From positions 97,030,001-97,094,000 of the forward strand of contig OZ260662.1 of the NCBI GenBank assembly GCA_965285935.1: 64,000 nt of DNA, in the 5' to 3' direction. Source of the DNA: Ophelia neglecta. Its lineage: Eukaryota. Positions within the stretch are counted from its first letter, which is position 1, and every line of letters begins with the position of its first letter. Below the pieces are notes generated by a model. It did not search any database. It saw nothing but the letters and a program-made list of their open reading frames with translations, and had not been told where the DNA came from. The translations under genes were made by a program, and so were the position numbers. Of the stretch, positions 48,891 to 63,180 are shown one piece after another.

Positions 48891-51800
48891 GTGGCTATAT
48901 CATTTGTCTTTGCAATTTACACTGATAGACCAACTCATAATTTTATGAACAGGACCAGAAACAACATATTATTATACAAACAACTCAAGACCAGTTTGCC
49001 TCTCCCTTTGTTAGGATAAAATTTATGATTCCTGTAGTGTCATCTCATACTAAAGACACAAACATATAAAAGAGATAGTTTATCGACACAATTAACACAG
49101 GGACAAGTGACATAAAACATAAAGAAATATGATTGGATACCTGGCAGACAAAGCCAAATTACTGATCAAGAATAGTCCATCAAATCGATCGGAAATCATC
49201 AGGGACCAGCAGCCGCGGCACCACACCTATCAATAACTTAAAACAGTAAATAAATATGGTACAAAATAAACCATAAAACAGGCGATGCCGGTGCAAGCTC
49301 TCTCTCTCACAAAATTGAGAGACCATATGAAAGTTTCTTATTAACACTAGACAAAAGGAGGGTGTAAATGTTCTTTTGGGGGACTGTTATTAGGGCCAAT
49401 TGATATGAGTTTTCTTTAGTTGTTTAATGTTCCCTTTATAGCCAAGTATAGTCATTATTCTAATAACACCTTTGGATTCTCCTGCCAAAGAGTCTGTAGG
49501 AATGACACGAGTTTCAATTAGGCACCAAGTGGTTTATATGCTTATCTTTCTTACTGTGTTCATGCCACTGTGCAAATCGCAGTATTGACTTTCAAAAGAT
49601 CCCAGCCAGTAGAGCTTTATTGCTTTCTAGTCAGAACGACACCAACCTTAGATGTTGTTCGTTTAAAAAAAATGAGAACTCTTTGATCAGGCATACAAGT
49701 CTTAGCTCATGCTTTTCACAATGCTTTAAGGAGCTTTCCTTTCATTCAGGTTTCATCTGATACACTTAAAAATCTCCAATTACGAGTCTATTGTCTCATT
49801 TAAAGAATGATTGTAAATTTTGTTTGATCATGAGATTTCTTGCCGCAGCTAGTGGTGTCACCGGAGGGTGGCTGATGTGTATGCCATTTCTCCCAGTTAA
49901 TATCCCCCTCAACCACAATGTCCTTTGTGCTGTGTAATACAATAACACACCTCTGATATCATCTGACATATAGCCTAATGAATCCAACACAAGCAGAGCG
50001 GTCTCTCCTGTAATATCTACAGCCACATATCTCAAATTGTTGGTGTGGGATTGCAGCATCTAAATTTGGCTTTTTTTTGCGACATAGCAATCACAGAGTA
50101 TACTATTCTGTGTAAAAATCAAAGAGGAGTCTACTATTCTGGGCGTCTTTTGATTCTTTAAATCTATTTCAGATAGTGTTGATGTTTAAGTGTTACTAGA
50201 TGCAACTTTAAGCATTTCTTAAACTCACTTTTTGTTAGAATGAATGGTCACTTTAGGCTGAGTTAGACAAATCTTTTGAACGGTATGATTGAAGGTTATT
50301 TACTTCCGATTGGATCGAATTCTATTGGGTTTACATACTTTAATACCAGCATGTTCGGTGGTAATAGTGTAGCACCATTGTGGAAAGGCAACTGAACAGT
50401 CCACACTTCCTGTCACGGTTTAGATCAAGAAGGACCATGGACTGAAAAGGCCACTTTTTACCGCCCCATTCGTTCAATGACGACCCTATTCACACTTATC
50501 AGATTGACGGTACATGTGAGTCTTTGTTTTTATTCATTTGAATGTATCTTGGATTTTGTACAAAAATTGGTGTCTACAGAGCTAGTGCGTGACATCACTG
50601 ACCTGGTTTATTGATGTATGCTAAGCTAATGTATAACGTTTTCATTGCTGCTATTGCTGAGAACGTTGTAGCGTACAGCTTAGAAGATAACATGATTACC
50701 TGTGTGCATAGATGCACTTACCTTGGTTGTATCTCATTCACTTCCGCCGACTCCGCATGAAAAAAATATTCCCCACACACATTCACCAACATTTATCGCG
50801 ACACTTCACATGGCATCATGTGACCGAACTAATTTTCTTTTATATATCTATTGATTGAATGTCTTTACCTTGGCTAGCCGTGTCAGTTAACAACTGTTAT
50901 TCATTTGGGCCCACCTAGCAATATACACGGGAAATGTAATACTAACAAGTGTATATATTTAGTATTCACAATATTCACAGTATAAACAACAATTCCTTAT
51001 CACATGTTACTTGGGCCTTTAATCATAGTCCATACATATATTTAGTGCCGGAGATAAACGCATATAAATCATGGAGCCGATCCAATATATATACAGCAGA
51101 TTATATCCATGCATGCTGGAACCCTTGTACTCCATGTTCATCAAAATTGCCAGCACTTTTTATTCAAATGCCGATAAAGGTTGCTTTTAAGGATGCTTTT
51201 ATGTAAAATTTGGGGCATTTTGTTGTAGCCGTCTTCACCTACGATGGTTATTTGATGTGCACATGTGTATGGAAGTGAACGCATAAGTCTACTGTCAATG
51301 TTGTGCAATATATTGTAAAAATTATATATCCAATAGTGTTCTGGGATTTAACATTGTAAACGGTTGTTAAATAATGTGAATAAAAATGTTGTAAGATAAA
51401 TAGCTTGCTTTACAGTTTGATGTTTTTTGATCGTACTGCCAATTTGTTGATGACCAACAAATGAAGAATAAAGTACTAATGTCAATAAATTTTGCACTAA
51501 TAGAGCGCCCCCTTCCTGCTAAATTTTGCCTGATGGGCCTTTTTAATATAAAAAAGGAAAAAGTGCGATACGTCAATAATAAATAAAAACGTCAAGTAAC
51601 ATTCAATATTGTGTTATACTTAATTGTTTCTGTTTCAGATTTTAACAATCATTAGAATTAAAATCGTTTGCAGACAACTTTTAGTATTTGCTGATTCGTG
51701 TTTGATTCAAAGTTAAGTTATCGATTCTCGTTTCCCAAGAGGAATTAGTCAATAGGGAGAATGGATCATGATGAAAGCAGCAAAACGAATACAAATAACA

Positions 51801-54800
51801 TACAGCCGCTATATACTAGGTGGGCCTTAAACGAAGACCTTTTCGAATAAACATTTACTACTCATTATGATTTCTTGTCACATGTTAAACTATTAGGGAG
51901 CTGATCAACCTTTGAGCGCCGCATAAACTTAAATATGTATTTTGTATTATGATAAGGCGGATGGAGGCTAAATATCGAAGTTGATATTGATAGCACAACA
52001 AATGTTTCAGCCCGCATGAAATAAATAATAATAGTAGTAGTGGTTGGCGATTACGCCAAACAAGTTTGCTAATTTTATCTGGTTTGATTTTGTGACCTCT
52101 TACTTATTATGCTATGGATTCAATTTTACTGTCTGACATTTATTTAATATTGATTATCTGGGTCGTCATGGTGTTTATCATTCAGATATTAAAGACCAGA
52201 ATATCTGCTCCGAACGTATGCTTTTGGTGTACTTCATACGCATGCATTTTCATCGGTCGATAAACTCGCACAAAAACTTACATAATCCTAATACATTCCG
52301 CTTGCTTACAACATTCCATTACCTAATCGCTTCTACCATTATTACTACTTTCCCTGCCACTGTCATTATTCTAAACCCCCATATAGATTGACTGTTAAAT
52401 ACAACAACATTTCAGTCAATAGAATGTTTGTACTGCAATATATCAGACAAAACCTGTTTGACTAGAACATGTTAAAGGCACCAGGTAATAATGTTTCCAG
52501 ACGTAATAATCCTTCAGAGTTAACCAAAGTATTCTAGATGTCTTTAAGTGAATCCGAGTCCTTCGGTAAAAAGTGAGTATATGCCCGGCAGACAAGCCAA
52601 ATAATCACTAGAGAAAAGTTCATTAAGTCGGTCCGAAATCATCATGAATCAGCAGCCACAGCCACACACGTCTCTAAATCAATCGACCAAATCTACTAAT
52701 CAGCTACCAAATAGTAAATAAACTGGTAAGGCAAATAATAGTTAATGGACACATAAAAATATAATATCCCTTGGCATAAGAAGTAATTTCCAGTTTTTCC
52801 ATGATGCTGTCCAGAACTCGAAACAAACCATTCAGTGGTCAACATAGGACAGAGATGAATTATGCCATTGGAGAGTCTGAGTTGGTAAGGGATTTCGCAA
52901 AATATTGTGCAATAATGATGAAATTGTCACAAAGAAGCAGGTCCTTGTAACCGGCGCTGCTTTCGCTCTAGGTCTGGCCCTGCTGTTCACGGACCAGCAT
53001 ATGGCTTTTCAGTGCCAACAGCTCAGCGCCGGATACCGGGACTCCGATAAACTAAAGTCAGAAGAATATAAAAGGTCCTTGCCCATTAAAGTGGAAAAGT
53101 GTGTAAAATCTCTCCAACGGTCAGTAAGATGTAAGCATTTTAACGTGAACCAATCATGCTTTTATTGAGACTAAAGAAGTGCATTTGTAACATAAGATGT
53201 TATATCAGTACGAAGCAGATGCACATGATCCCTGTTCTAGGATGAGCGGAATTGATCACGCAAGCCATTGCAGTCTTTTACTTTGTAGGTGTTATACAAA
53301 TGGAAAACTAGAACACATACGAGTAATCTAAAGGAGAGTCATCAATCATATGTTTACTCTCCTCGAGTCTGATGAAATCCCTTATCGGTTTCCACAATTC
53401 CTCAAGGCGAGTGTTATATTAAGATAAACCGATGGAATGTTTATCCGTTAAATTGAAAAATGTTCGTTATTACCGACTAATTTCGTATCTTTGGGTCAGT
53501 TATTTTGACACCAGGGCGAAATGTCTCCTTTAAAAGTCAGGTTGAAAAACACAAGTTCTTATAAAGGCCAAAGTCTTGAAGTAAAGACATCATATGCTAG
53601 GGAAATAGACATTTTACTATCGAGGAATGGGACGTAAAATATTGAAAAATCAAAATCATCTCTTGTCATAAAGACGTGAAATTAAAAGGGTATTTTGGTG
53701 TTTAAAGAAAAATACATCCAATAAGGAACTACCATACAGACTGTCAGTGGTGTCTTTTAAGTTTTGAAAATGGTGGCTGATTTCACTAACATATTGCCAG
53801 AAGCAATTTTAATTAAATGAACACATATCATATAAATTTCTACATACAGAATTTAATTACCGTGCTCACCCCTCAGCAGACGAGAAATAAAACCATATAC
53901 ATCATTGAAAAGAAACAAATCTGCAACAAAAGGAGCGCTTTTGGTCACCATCGGAATACAAATATTTTAAACACCTCCCTACCCACCTAAATCAAGGAAA
54001 GTCCATTACGTTGGCTAGAACAATCAAGAATCACCTGCCACAAGCTTAGAAACATTAATCTCCTGCAACCAAAGAGCAGATATACCTGTAACGCAAATAA
54101 ATTGGAGAAACAAAATTGATATCACTTTGAAAGGAAGATAATTCTTTTCCAAGATGCGAGTCAGAACACAAAACGAATCATTGGTCAGCTTGGGACAGAG
54201 ATGTATTGTGCCTTGGGAGAATTTATAAATCTCAAAATTGAGCGACTAAAAAGGAAATTGCCCAAATAAACTAAAGGTAAAAGAAGGACATAGAATTGTC
54301 CTTGTATACTAATAAGGAAAATAAATTTCCTTGATAGTTAATCGTTTGTTGCTTACAGTGAACTAGTCCGGGACAGTGCCTGTATAACGAAGAAATACCA
54401 GTATTAAGCAGATGTACACGACTCTAGCTGTTAGAAATCGACCACTGGTTGAAATCTTTTACAACGACGGTTTTTAATAACAATGGTCGCTTGCCCTTAG
54501 CAATAACGAACGAAATGTAACGCCTTCATTGTTTAGTAATGCCCTTTTAGTATTGCTTTCATCTTTTATTGGATTCCAAAAGTCGTATGTTATACTTGGG
54601 TCGAATAACGGAACATTTATCTATATACTTGTATAAATGATTATCTTAACATGCAGATCTGTTGAACCAAAGGTTGTGTGTCCCCGGTCTTAAGTCTGGG
54701 GGTATTGAACAACTGTTTGCCATAACAGCCCAGGCTTTTAGGTCTATGCCCTATTGATAATCAAATTAATTTGATTTGCCAATTGTTCACTTCCTGTTTC

Positions 54801-57521
54801 CGATGTCTCCAGCATACGCCAAGAGGCCTCAGCAGTCACCTGCATCAGTCAACAGATTACATCCCGAGACGTGTCACTTTCATAAACGCATGACCTTATA
54901 TTTCTGTTCCTAAAAGGAGAACCGAAGCCAAGGTGTGAAACTGGCTAATGCGTGGTTATCAATTCTGCCTGTTAAGACCGACACTTAGAAATACACAGCA
55001 AAATACTCAGGCTAGAGGAATTTAAAACATAAGTGTACATTCTCAAGACATATTTTTTATCTAAGCAAAGCATGAACCAATTACATGCCTGATGTTTTGT
55101 AGTTATTTGGAGTTGTTCCCTGGGCCATAATAATAACACAACACACACTTCTTAAACAAGTGATAAACGTTTATATTTAGGCATAATCATATAGATAAGG
55201 TATCATCATACCTCTAAAAGGGTTAAGCAGTGAATGGATTTCCGCAGAGTACTGTCACTTCCTATCTGACCACCTTTTTATTTGACCAAACCCGCAGCAT
55301 TTAATTATATTCATTGGATCTCCATTGCACAAACCCGTCACTCAATAGCCATTTTCACCCTGCAAACAACAATGATGCCCAATAGATTCAGGCTCAAAGA
55401 TAGCATATAGAATCTATATCGGTCCTAGTAACCGGATATCGCACTTGCCACCTAGCCTAAGAGCAAACGCTCTGTTCGGAGAGTAACAAAGCGTTCACAC
55501 CATCTATAGTGGTGCAAAATATTATTAGGTCCGCTGACTGAAAAGTGTCCCGAACTAAAATCCGCAGGATAACTTGATAAATCAGTGTTTTGCGGCCGGG
55601 AGACGTTAGGAAGGATCTTCATACCGGAGCCTCGACAAGTAGGATTTCTAAACCGATGGATTTAAAATAATAGTGATTTAATACAGGGGGCTCCTGGGTG
55701 GGCGTTAGGGTAAGTAAATGCAGTCCGGGGACCTTGGAGCCAGGGGACTCTCATGATTTTTCCAACGGTATAATACGTATAACAACATAATTCGTATACA
55801 TTTTTTCTCTCTTAATATTTTTTTAAAGTTTTTATACATAAATACACGTATAGATCCACACATACATTTGCAGCAACAGGACAGGACCGAGACAACCATA
55901 CAAACGCAAAAATACAAACACACACTATTTATTTATCACTTTAACCCTTTTAAAGGTACGATGTTTACCTAATCTATATTGCCTAAACAATGTTCAATAA
56001 TATTAACATGTATTACAATCGAAAGTTGTCAATATACATGTACAACAAAAGTTGCGAACGAAGCAATGAATGACGCAAGAACACAATTATATGATTGCTG
56101 TTCGTGCTCCACTCCCATCCCGTCAACAACGAAATGGCTCCGTAATAACATAGTAATGCAAAATCAAGATTCAATGTGTTGCTAGTGGTCTCCACCTATC
56201 TAAGTATTTGGCAAAAGCGCCCTTGTCCACTGCTGTTAGCCTTTCAACAGTGTTTATGTGCTGTATCCATGCCAATGCAACATTGAAGATTCGCACATTA
56301 TGTTCAAAAAAGGACGTGTATATATATTTTTTATTTTAACAAGATTAAGTTTTCTCATTTTGGAGTTCAACAAAACCATGCTTTCTAGACAAACTGGTTT
56401 ACATTTATCATCTTCCGAGAATTGGTTACATAACCACTTCTTCATTTACCCCATAATACACTTACATGAACACACGACCAAAAGCGATGCTATAACCCAT
56501 GTAAGCAGGAGATGCAAAGGTCACATAATAACCTGCCCGGTTTGTACAATTTGTCTTTTAAATATATGGTCCTGTGAACAAATTATATTGGAATTCCTGT
56601 AGCTTTACAGATGGTGATTAAAAAAAAACACAAGTGAGCATATATCATTCGAGCATAAGTTTATTTTTGCATTGTCTCACCTCAATATTGGCTGACAATA
56701 TAAGGATCTGTACATATCTGTGAGATATCAAATTCGAATATATTCTCTTGTTACATTTTTATCCAAAATAACATCAATCCATTTGAAGTCTTTTTTCACT
56801 TCCGTTATATCTGTTAAACAAATTCATCACTCTGAGCTTAATATTTTCCAACAATCTATATTAATGTTTCACTTGCGTTGGATCTCATTACGTGACAAAA
56901 TAAGTAAGTCCGACTCCTGAATTATCCCATGTCAATCCACTTTTTCTATAGATGTGAGGAACTTCCGTCCATTTTAATAATGGAGTTGTTCCAGATAATG
57001 CTATCCTAGCCTAGCCCACTCCTCTGTCTGAGAAGTTGAGAGTGTACCATGGAATGAGAACATTTCTCCAGAACTGGGATTTAATGTTAGAGTAAAAGGT
57101 ATATCTGGTGCCATATTACACTGGGAAATAAAAGTACCACAAACGTTGTCTGACAGATGCAGTACGTATGATTTCCATATTGCCCTGTCATCACAAATAA
57201 ATAATCTTCTGACCCTTCAAATTTGTTTGGGGTGAGAGACTTCTAAGCAACCACCAAGCTTATAATTGTACAAAAAGTTTGAAAAACTTCTTTGCTAGCA
57301 TGAGAAGGTTTGAAAATAGGCAGTTCATCCTACGGAGAACCAAAAAGTTAATCACTGTTACTTTCTCGAGAGTTTTCTACAAGACCATAGTTTTAGAGAT
57401 TGCTTCATTTATGCTATTTTTAGTTCAGAAGCAGCAACTCAGCGTTTGGCCTACATGGCAATACAATTCCTAATATATTGATTGTCTGACTTGTTAATGT
57501 TCTTAATTAGATTAATATTTT

Positions 57522-58342
57522 GCAACAGGTTCATGCCAGCAACTGGACCTATTCCAAAAATATCCGACTTCTCGAAATTTATTTTGATCTTAAAATCACA
57601 AAGGCTTACAATAGATGCTCTTGTCGTCTGCCTACTTCGAAATTCGTGTACTTGCTAAAAGCGAATTTCTATTGTTGCTTAATAGACAGCACAAAAAGTA
57701 TTTTTGTCTGTCCAATGCTCTGCACACAGCAAAACACGAATGTTGTTCACTTGAATAGTATGCCAAATTCTGATGTAACGAAAAAACATGAAATTGGCCA
57801 ATGTGTAGAATTCCTCTTTTGAAAATATCACATGTATAATTACTGCTTATAAAGATTATAATGATAAAAATTATAATGTTTTGAGTACATGAGTTGCAAT
57901 ACAATACATGAAGCTAAATGTATCTTAATAATAACCAGAAGCAGATTGGTTTTATGCTACCAGGAGACCCTTTTATAAGAAGCAGGCGCTTCAAGATTTG
58001 CTTGGACTAAACTCAACTATACCTATGATTTCTTTTCGTTTTGAAGTACAAGGCAACAGTATATAGCCACTCTTGCACTCGTGTCTATAATAAACATGGT
58101 CAGCCTCCAATGAATCGCAGCTCCGAATTAATAGTTTCGAACCCAGAGTTCAATTACTCGCATTTTAGAGTGAAAGCCTCGCACCTCGACTACAAGTGGA
58201 CAAAGAGCTTTTGATTAAAAGCAGAAGTGTGGAGCCTTGCGGAAGTAAATCTCGAAATAAGAACAGAGCACTAAACCTATTGTACTTGATCCTTACTCTT
58301 CGCCTAACACTGAAATAAACCCTCAGCCCAAACCATAGACTT
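57522..58342 (+). repeat. Direct repeat copy 1 (of 63181-64000+)
   Basis: Long near-identical runs with 63181-64000. The ORF-track peptides 57520..57822 and 63255..63500 share RCSCRLPTSKFVYLLKANF. Confidence 0.95.
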
Positions 58343-59315
58343 GCTGATGCATTTGTGCATCCCGTCACTGTGAAATACTCATGACGTCCGCAAAATGAAG
58401 TTCTCAAAAATAGTGAATAAATTCCACTAACACTTTGCCAGAAATATTTGTTATTAAAATTATCTATATATGAAAAAGAAGAACATTTTATGGCTACAAC
58501 TCATCTGTTTCGATTTAAAAAGTAACCACCTGTACCAAAGTATATTCACTCTGTATGGATCGATACTACTATGCACTGTTCCCAGAGATCTATTACTCAC
58601 TGGGAGGATGCGCCATTAGCAACTTGGTATAGATTGTAAGGCAATGTGGTTTATTATTCAGTGCTGTGGCGGAAGTAGTCAAAAAGCCATAACAGCTGCG
58701 TATTGACGCTTTCCATCCACTTAAATCACACCTGAACGCAATTAAGTAAATATTCATTTGGTGTTACTGTGAATCTTAGTGAAAGCAACATTTCTGGGTT
58801 GTGTCTTAGCGTTTAAAACCCTTGAAATTTTTCATAAGTAATGAAATAAGGAGCGAATGAATCATGCTGGGTTCTCTGTAGTCGGTCACGTGTGCCCACA
58901 CTGTTTGCTAGGCGCTGCCTCTCTGGCGTGCGCTGGAATCGGGCTTAGACTAGTCATATTGTAGGAGTGTTTTTTTGATCTCTTGCCGCGCAGCAACTAC
59001 AAGCTAAAAGAAGCCATCATGCTTTCATAAGTAACTGCATATTGTAAGGGGTCTATATCGATTGTAATAAAATCTTCTGAATAGCAAACTGTTATATTTG
59101 ACAAATATTCTCATAGGAAATCTTGTTTCTCTGTCCAGGAACATATCAGGATGTTAAGCATATACCCGGACCGATAATTTCCATAAGGCAAAGGCCTACA
59201 CAGATTTTTTTGTTATTAAAAATCAATGGAGCGGAAAATAAAGATCAACAACGCATTAAAAAGAACACATATGCGTCAAACTCTATTTCAGATTTGGTGT
59301 CGTGAGCCTTTAACC

Positions 59316-59551
59316 ATGTCTCTGTTTTTCCACATCGCCCGAATTGCTGTTTTTTCCTTTTTGGTGGAATTGAACGAAAGTGCTGTGACCAACTGTGAAT
59401 CTGGATGGACAAATTATGAAAACAAGTGCTACGTTCTCAAACTAACGCCAAATGACGTCCTGTCTGCTGATGCTAATTGCGGGTTGGAAAATGCAAAGCT
59501 CGCCAGGCCTAAGAATAGGCATGAAAATTATTTTTTGGGTCATTTCCTCAG
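59316..59551 (+). CDS. C-type lectin exon 1 (signal peptide + first half of CTLD)
   Basis: ACCATG start, upstream acceptor TTTCAG at 59291, donor AG|GTAATA. Confidence 0.85.
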
Positions 59552-61806
59552 GTAATACTTTTCTTATACATAAATAAATATAAAACAAAATGTTTTACAC
59601 GATGTTTATGTCAATTTTCTAAACAGCTTAGTTTGGTATGAAACGTCATAAGTAGCGGGTATTGATTAAATACGAAGGTTGGAGGCTAGGCGGAGGCGGA
59701 GGTCATGGTAATTTCTAGGGAAACAGTTAAGGACCGGTTTAGAAAGGTCTAGTGTTGTGTCCAAAGATAGGACTTTAGTTCTGCAAGCCTCCGGGCGTCA
59801 CCCGTAACTCAAAATCCTTATTACTTTATTTTCAATATCAGATTAAATATAAAAATGACTGATTAAGTCGAACTGACTACAATATAGCATTTGCATTAAA
59901 TGGTGTATTTGTAAATAGGTTTAAAAACAGATGAGATTTTCGGAAACATTAATACGTGTAATATGAATAACATTCAATATGAAATAAAACTATTACGATT
60001 AATGACTAATTCAAACAGATACAGACAAAGAAAAAATAACATCTCTGGGGCATTCTCTTCAACTAAATGTAAATCGATGAAATGTTCAATAGCCTAAACA
60101 CATACACAATCAATACATACTATTTTTTATTCAATTCACTATTCAATTCACTAATATAGTTCACACGTAATTTCTTAAAGAAGAATTACGGTGTAGTTAA
60201 CAGCGGGAAGTTATCCCCCACGCGATGTATGTATTCTCTGCAGTTCGTTCAATAGACACTTTTTTTGCGTGCAAAATATGGAAAATGGTAAAAAATTATG
60301 CATTCATGTGAATAATTGGGTACTTATACTTCTAGTAACCAACCATCGCGGCCCGACATGATTTGGCTGTCATATGGACTGTTAATCGCCACCCCCACTG
60401 AATGGGTCACGATCGATTCCACTTCTGTGACTTACACTAATTGGTTAACAGGAGAGCCAAGTGTTACGCATTCGGCTGCTGCCATGATAACGGTCGATCA
60501 CATCACACCTTATGGATGGAAGTCTATAAATACAAGTACCCCTCTTCCCTCGGTCTGTGTGAAGGCTGGGAACATGGGTAGGTCATTATCATTGACCTGA
60601 TTTGCCTCTCTTGCTTTCCACTGTAATACACGTAGACCCGGCTAGTTAACATTTGGGACCCTGTTTTCCGGGAATATTAATTCCCAGATATTTACTGGCA
60701 AAGTTCAGTTACACTCACTGATAATAATCACTCCATATACATCTTCCAAGTTCTTCGCTGGACGGAAGGGTGCGTGTGGGAAATAGTGTGGGAGGGAGGC
60801 CCAAAGAAGGGGGATAGGTTAGCAGCGAGATCTGTTTTTAAGAGAATTGAATAGTAAAATGCACATAATTGGTACAAAATGAAAATACCGTGAGCGTAGG
60901 CCAATGGGGCGGGTGTTGGGGTATGAAAAATAAAGGCATTTTGCGGTAATGTAGCAGGGAGATGTGGATTGGTGTGAAGGGTTGTGTCAAGAAGTCGTGG
61001 AACAATGTGAGAGGGAAGAAGGGAGACACGTGAGACACGTGAGTTATAAGGATGGCTGCCTATTTCTTTCTATTAAGAGCGTAATAAGGTATATAAATAA
61101 AGCAAACAGTGCCTTCCAAATATTGCAGGGACCATCAAGAAATATCAGACCATATTCTAACTGCCATATTTCCTTAGCTTGTTGCTGGGAGAACAATGCA
61201 GTTTGAGCAAATATTCTCCGTGCGCGTGTGGGTGTTGATGTTATGTGAGCACTTAACGCTCCCGGGTTATCAGATGGAGAAGCATATGTCCACATTTGTT
61301 TGTTTGTACCTGGATGTGTGGGTGGGCATGGTTGTGTGTGTGTGTGTGTGTGTATGTGAAGTTCATATGCAATGTTGATACAATTTCCATGTTTATTGGG
61401 TGCTTTTAAAGTGGCATAACTGACAATCCGTGAGTTGTAAATTGAAAGCGCTCCTGATTCTATATATCAATTTTCTTTTAACTCTATCTCGAGTATGTTT
61501 ACTGCCAGAATTTATTTCTATTTGGTAGCAAGAACAGTGACTATGCGAAGGAGGGATAATACTGACGTCGAATGTCCGGACATGGGTTGGTTTAACGCGA
61601 TAAACCACCAAGTCTTCTTTCTGTCTGCCTCTTCAGAGTACGACTGTATAGATATTTGTGTACAGCCGTCTTTGTCCGCCTACGACTGCCGATCGGTTAT
61701 TGTCGTCCCGACTCCTTCCGGTGTACAATGTCAAGTCCTACGAGGATATGGTATTACATGTGTGGAAGTACCGAAAATGTCATCAGTACTGTTTTCTAGA
61801 TTATAA
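59316..61806 (+). CDS. Secreted C-type lectin-domain + PAN/apple-like protein, join(59316..59551,60336..60577,61529..61806), 251 aa
   Basis: Hydrophobic N-terminus, then CESGW..YENKCY, ADANC, A.LA.PKN..EN.FL, IWL, YTNW..GEPS, GW, SVC. Exon 3 has C-x3-C...CRS...C (PAN-like). GT-AG introns of phase 2 and 1; 756 nt in frame. Confidence 0.85.
60336..60577 (+). CDS. C-type lectin exon 2 (second half of CTLD)
   Basis: Acceptor CTTCTAG| and donor G|GTAGGT. Encodes IWL, TNWLTGEPS, GWKS, SVC. Confidence 0.85.
61333..61358. repeat. (TG)n microsatellite in lectin intron 2
   Basis: About 10 perfect TG units plus a degenerate tail. Confidence 0.85.
61529..61806 (+). CDS. C-type lectin exon 3 (PAN/apple-like Cys-rich domain, stop)
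   Basis: Acceptor TTTCTATTTGGTAG| in the correct phase. Encodes SEYDCIDIC..DCRSV..CQV..C and ends at TAA 61804-61806. Confidence 0.75.
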
Positions 61807-63180
61807 GCAAGTGAACTTAGCATTGTTGTCTCATTTTAATTGAGGTTTTTTGTTCAACAATGTTCATTAAACGCGGCTTGGTTAGTTAGCACTTCATACA
61901 CATTATATACTTCGGATGAAAAGTACGGTTTGTTAAGAATGCACGTTCTTACTCTTTATTCGTGATAGCAGCCGTTAACATGTAGGAAAAGATTCGTAAA
62001 TGCGATTGACCAAAAAATAACTTAGTTTTGCAAGTTTTGAAATAGTTTCTTGCTTTATAGCACAACTCATTGTATTATTGCTTTTAAATAACTTTCATTT
62101 CTTTTCACTTGTGAGTTAATTAATGAAGTTCATGCAGTATGAACAATTGTGTATTATAATGTTGCTCTTGTTTAAACTAAGTTGCTTTCTAAATATCGTT
62201 GCTTGTCACTTTATACTCCTATGCAAATGTATTGATGCTAGTACATTAGGTAAACATTTTACAGTTGAAGGAGGGTTTGTGAAATCAGAAATCTACATAG
62301 AATATCATAAGAATCAATATATATGTATATTTGTTTGTTTGAATACAAAATATTGATATAAGAGTGAATTTATTAATTGGAGTTTTGTATTTACGAGTAG
62401 TGTTTATAACATTGTCATATCAAAACCGTTATTGTATTGCATTGCAAATGGTCGGTTCTTACATATGAATAGCATTAAAATTCATTTCGAATAGATTTTG
62501 CACCTTCTCGACCAGACTTCTGCTGAAAAAGCCATGCAGGGCCTCTTCCACTTCGTGAGGACACTTTACTTAAACTTGTTTGAAACGTAATCTACTCCAT
62601 TACAGTGCTTGATACAATCGGTCCGACAATAACGACTTATTAACTTTCTTAATCAAATTTATATTGTGTAAATTGCTCAGATATCATAAACAAGACTATC
62701 AGAGCCTACTATCTTGCATATGGTACTATTAGACCCATTTTCTATCCATCTTGCAACTGGTAACCCAACTACCCGAATTACTTTTGAGGATAGGTTATAT
62801 AAGCCTTTTCCTGTCCTGTCATTGCCCAAAAAGCTTTATAGGATGCCAGATTACATGCTATTTATATAATAGACATGTACCATCTTATTGTTTAGGGATA
62901 ATTCATAAACGAATAATCCCTCTGGTATTGTGCCGAATCGCTAACTCATCATGTAATCCTTTCTCTCCTTTTTGAGGAAACCGCCACCCATTTCCATCCA
63001 TGGACGCAACGCAACAAAAAAATATTATATCAAGCTCAGCAACAAAGGATTAGACAGAACTACCTATGCTGATCTTTTGATATGTTGTTGTCTTAACATG
63101 TATCTTTGAATAAAACACAGCCACTAATCTGGACCAATACCGTGACCAATATAGGTGTTTGTTTACTCGTGGTGTACATG

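Noticed and set aside
57520-57822. Cys-rich ORF repeated at 63255..63500
   Set aside because: Similarity is explained by the DNA duplication; the indels disrupt the N-terminus, the starts are non-ATG, and no domain or splice support is visible.
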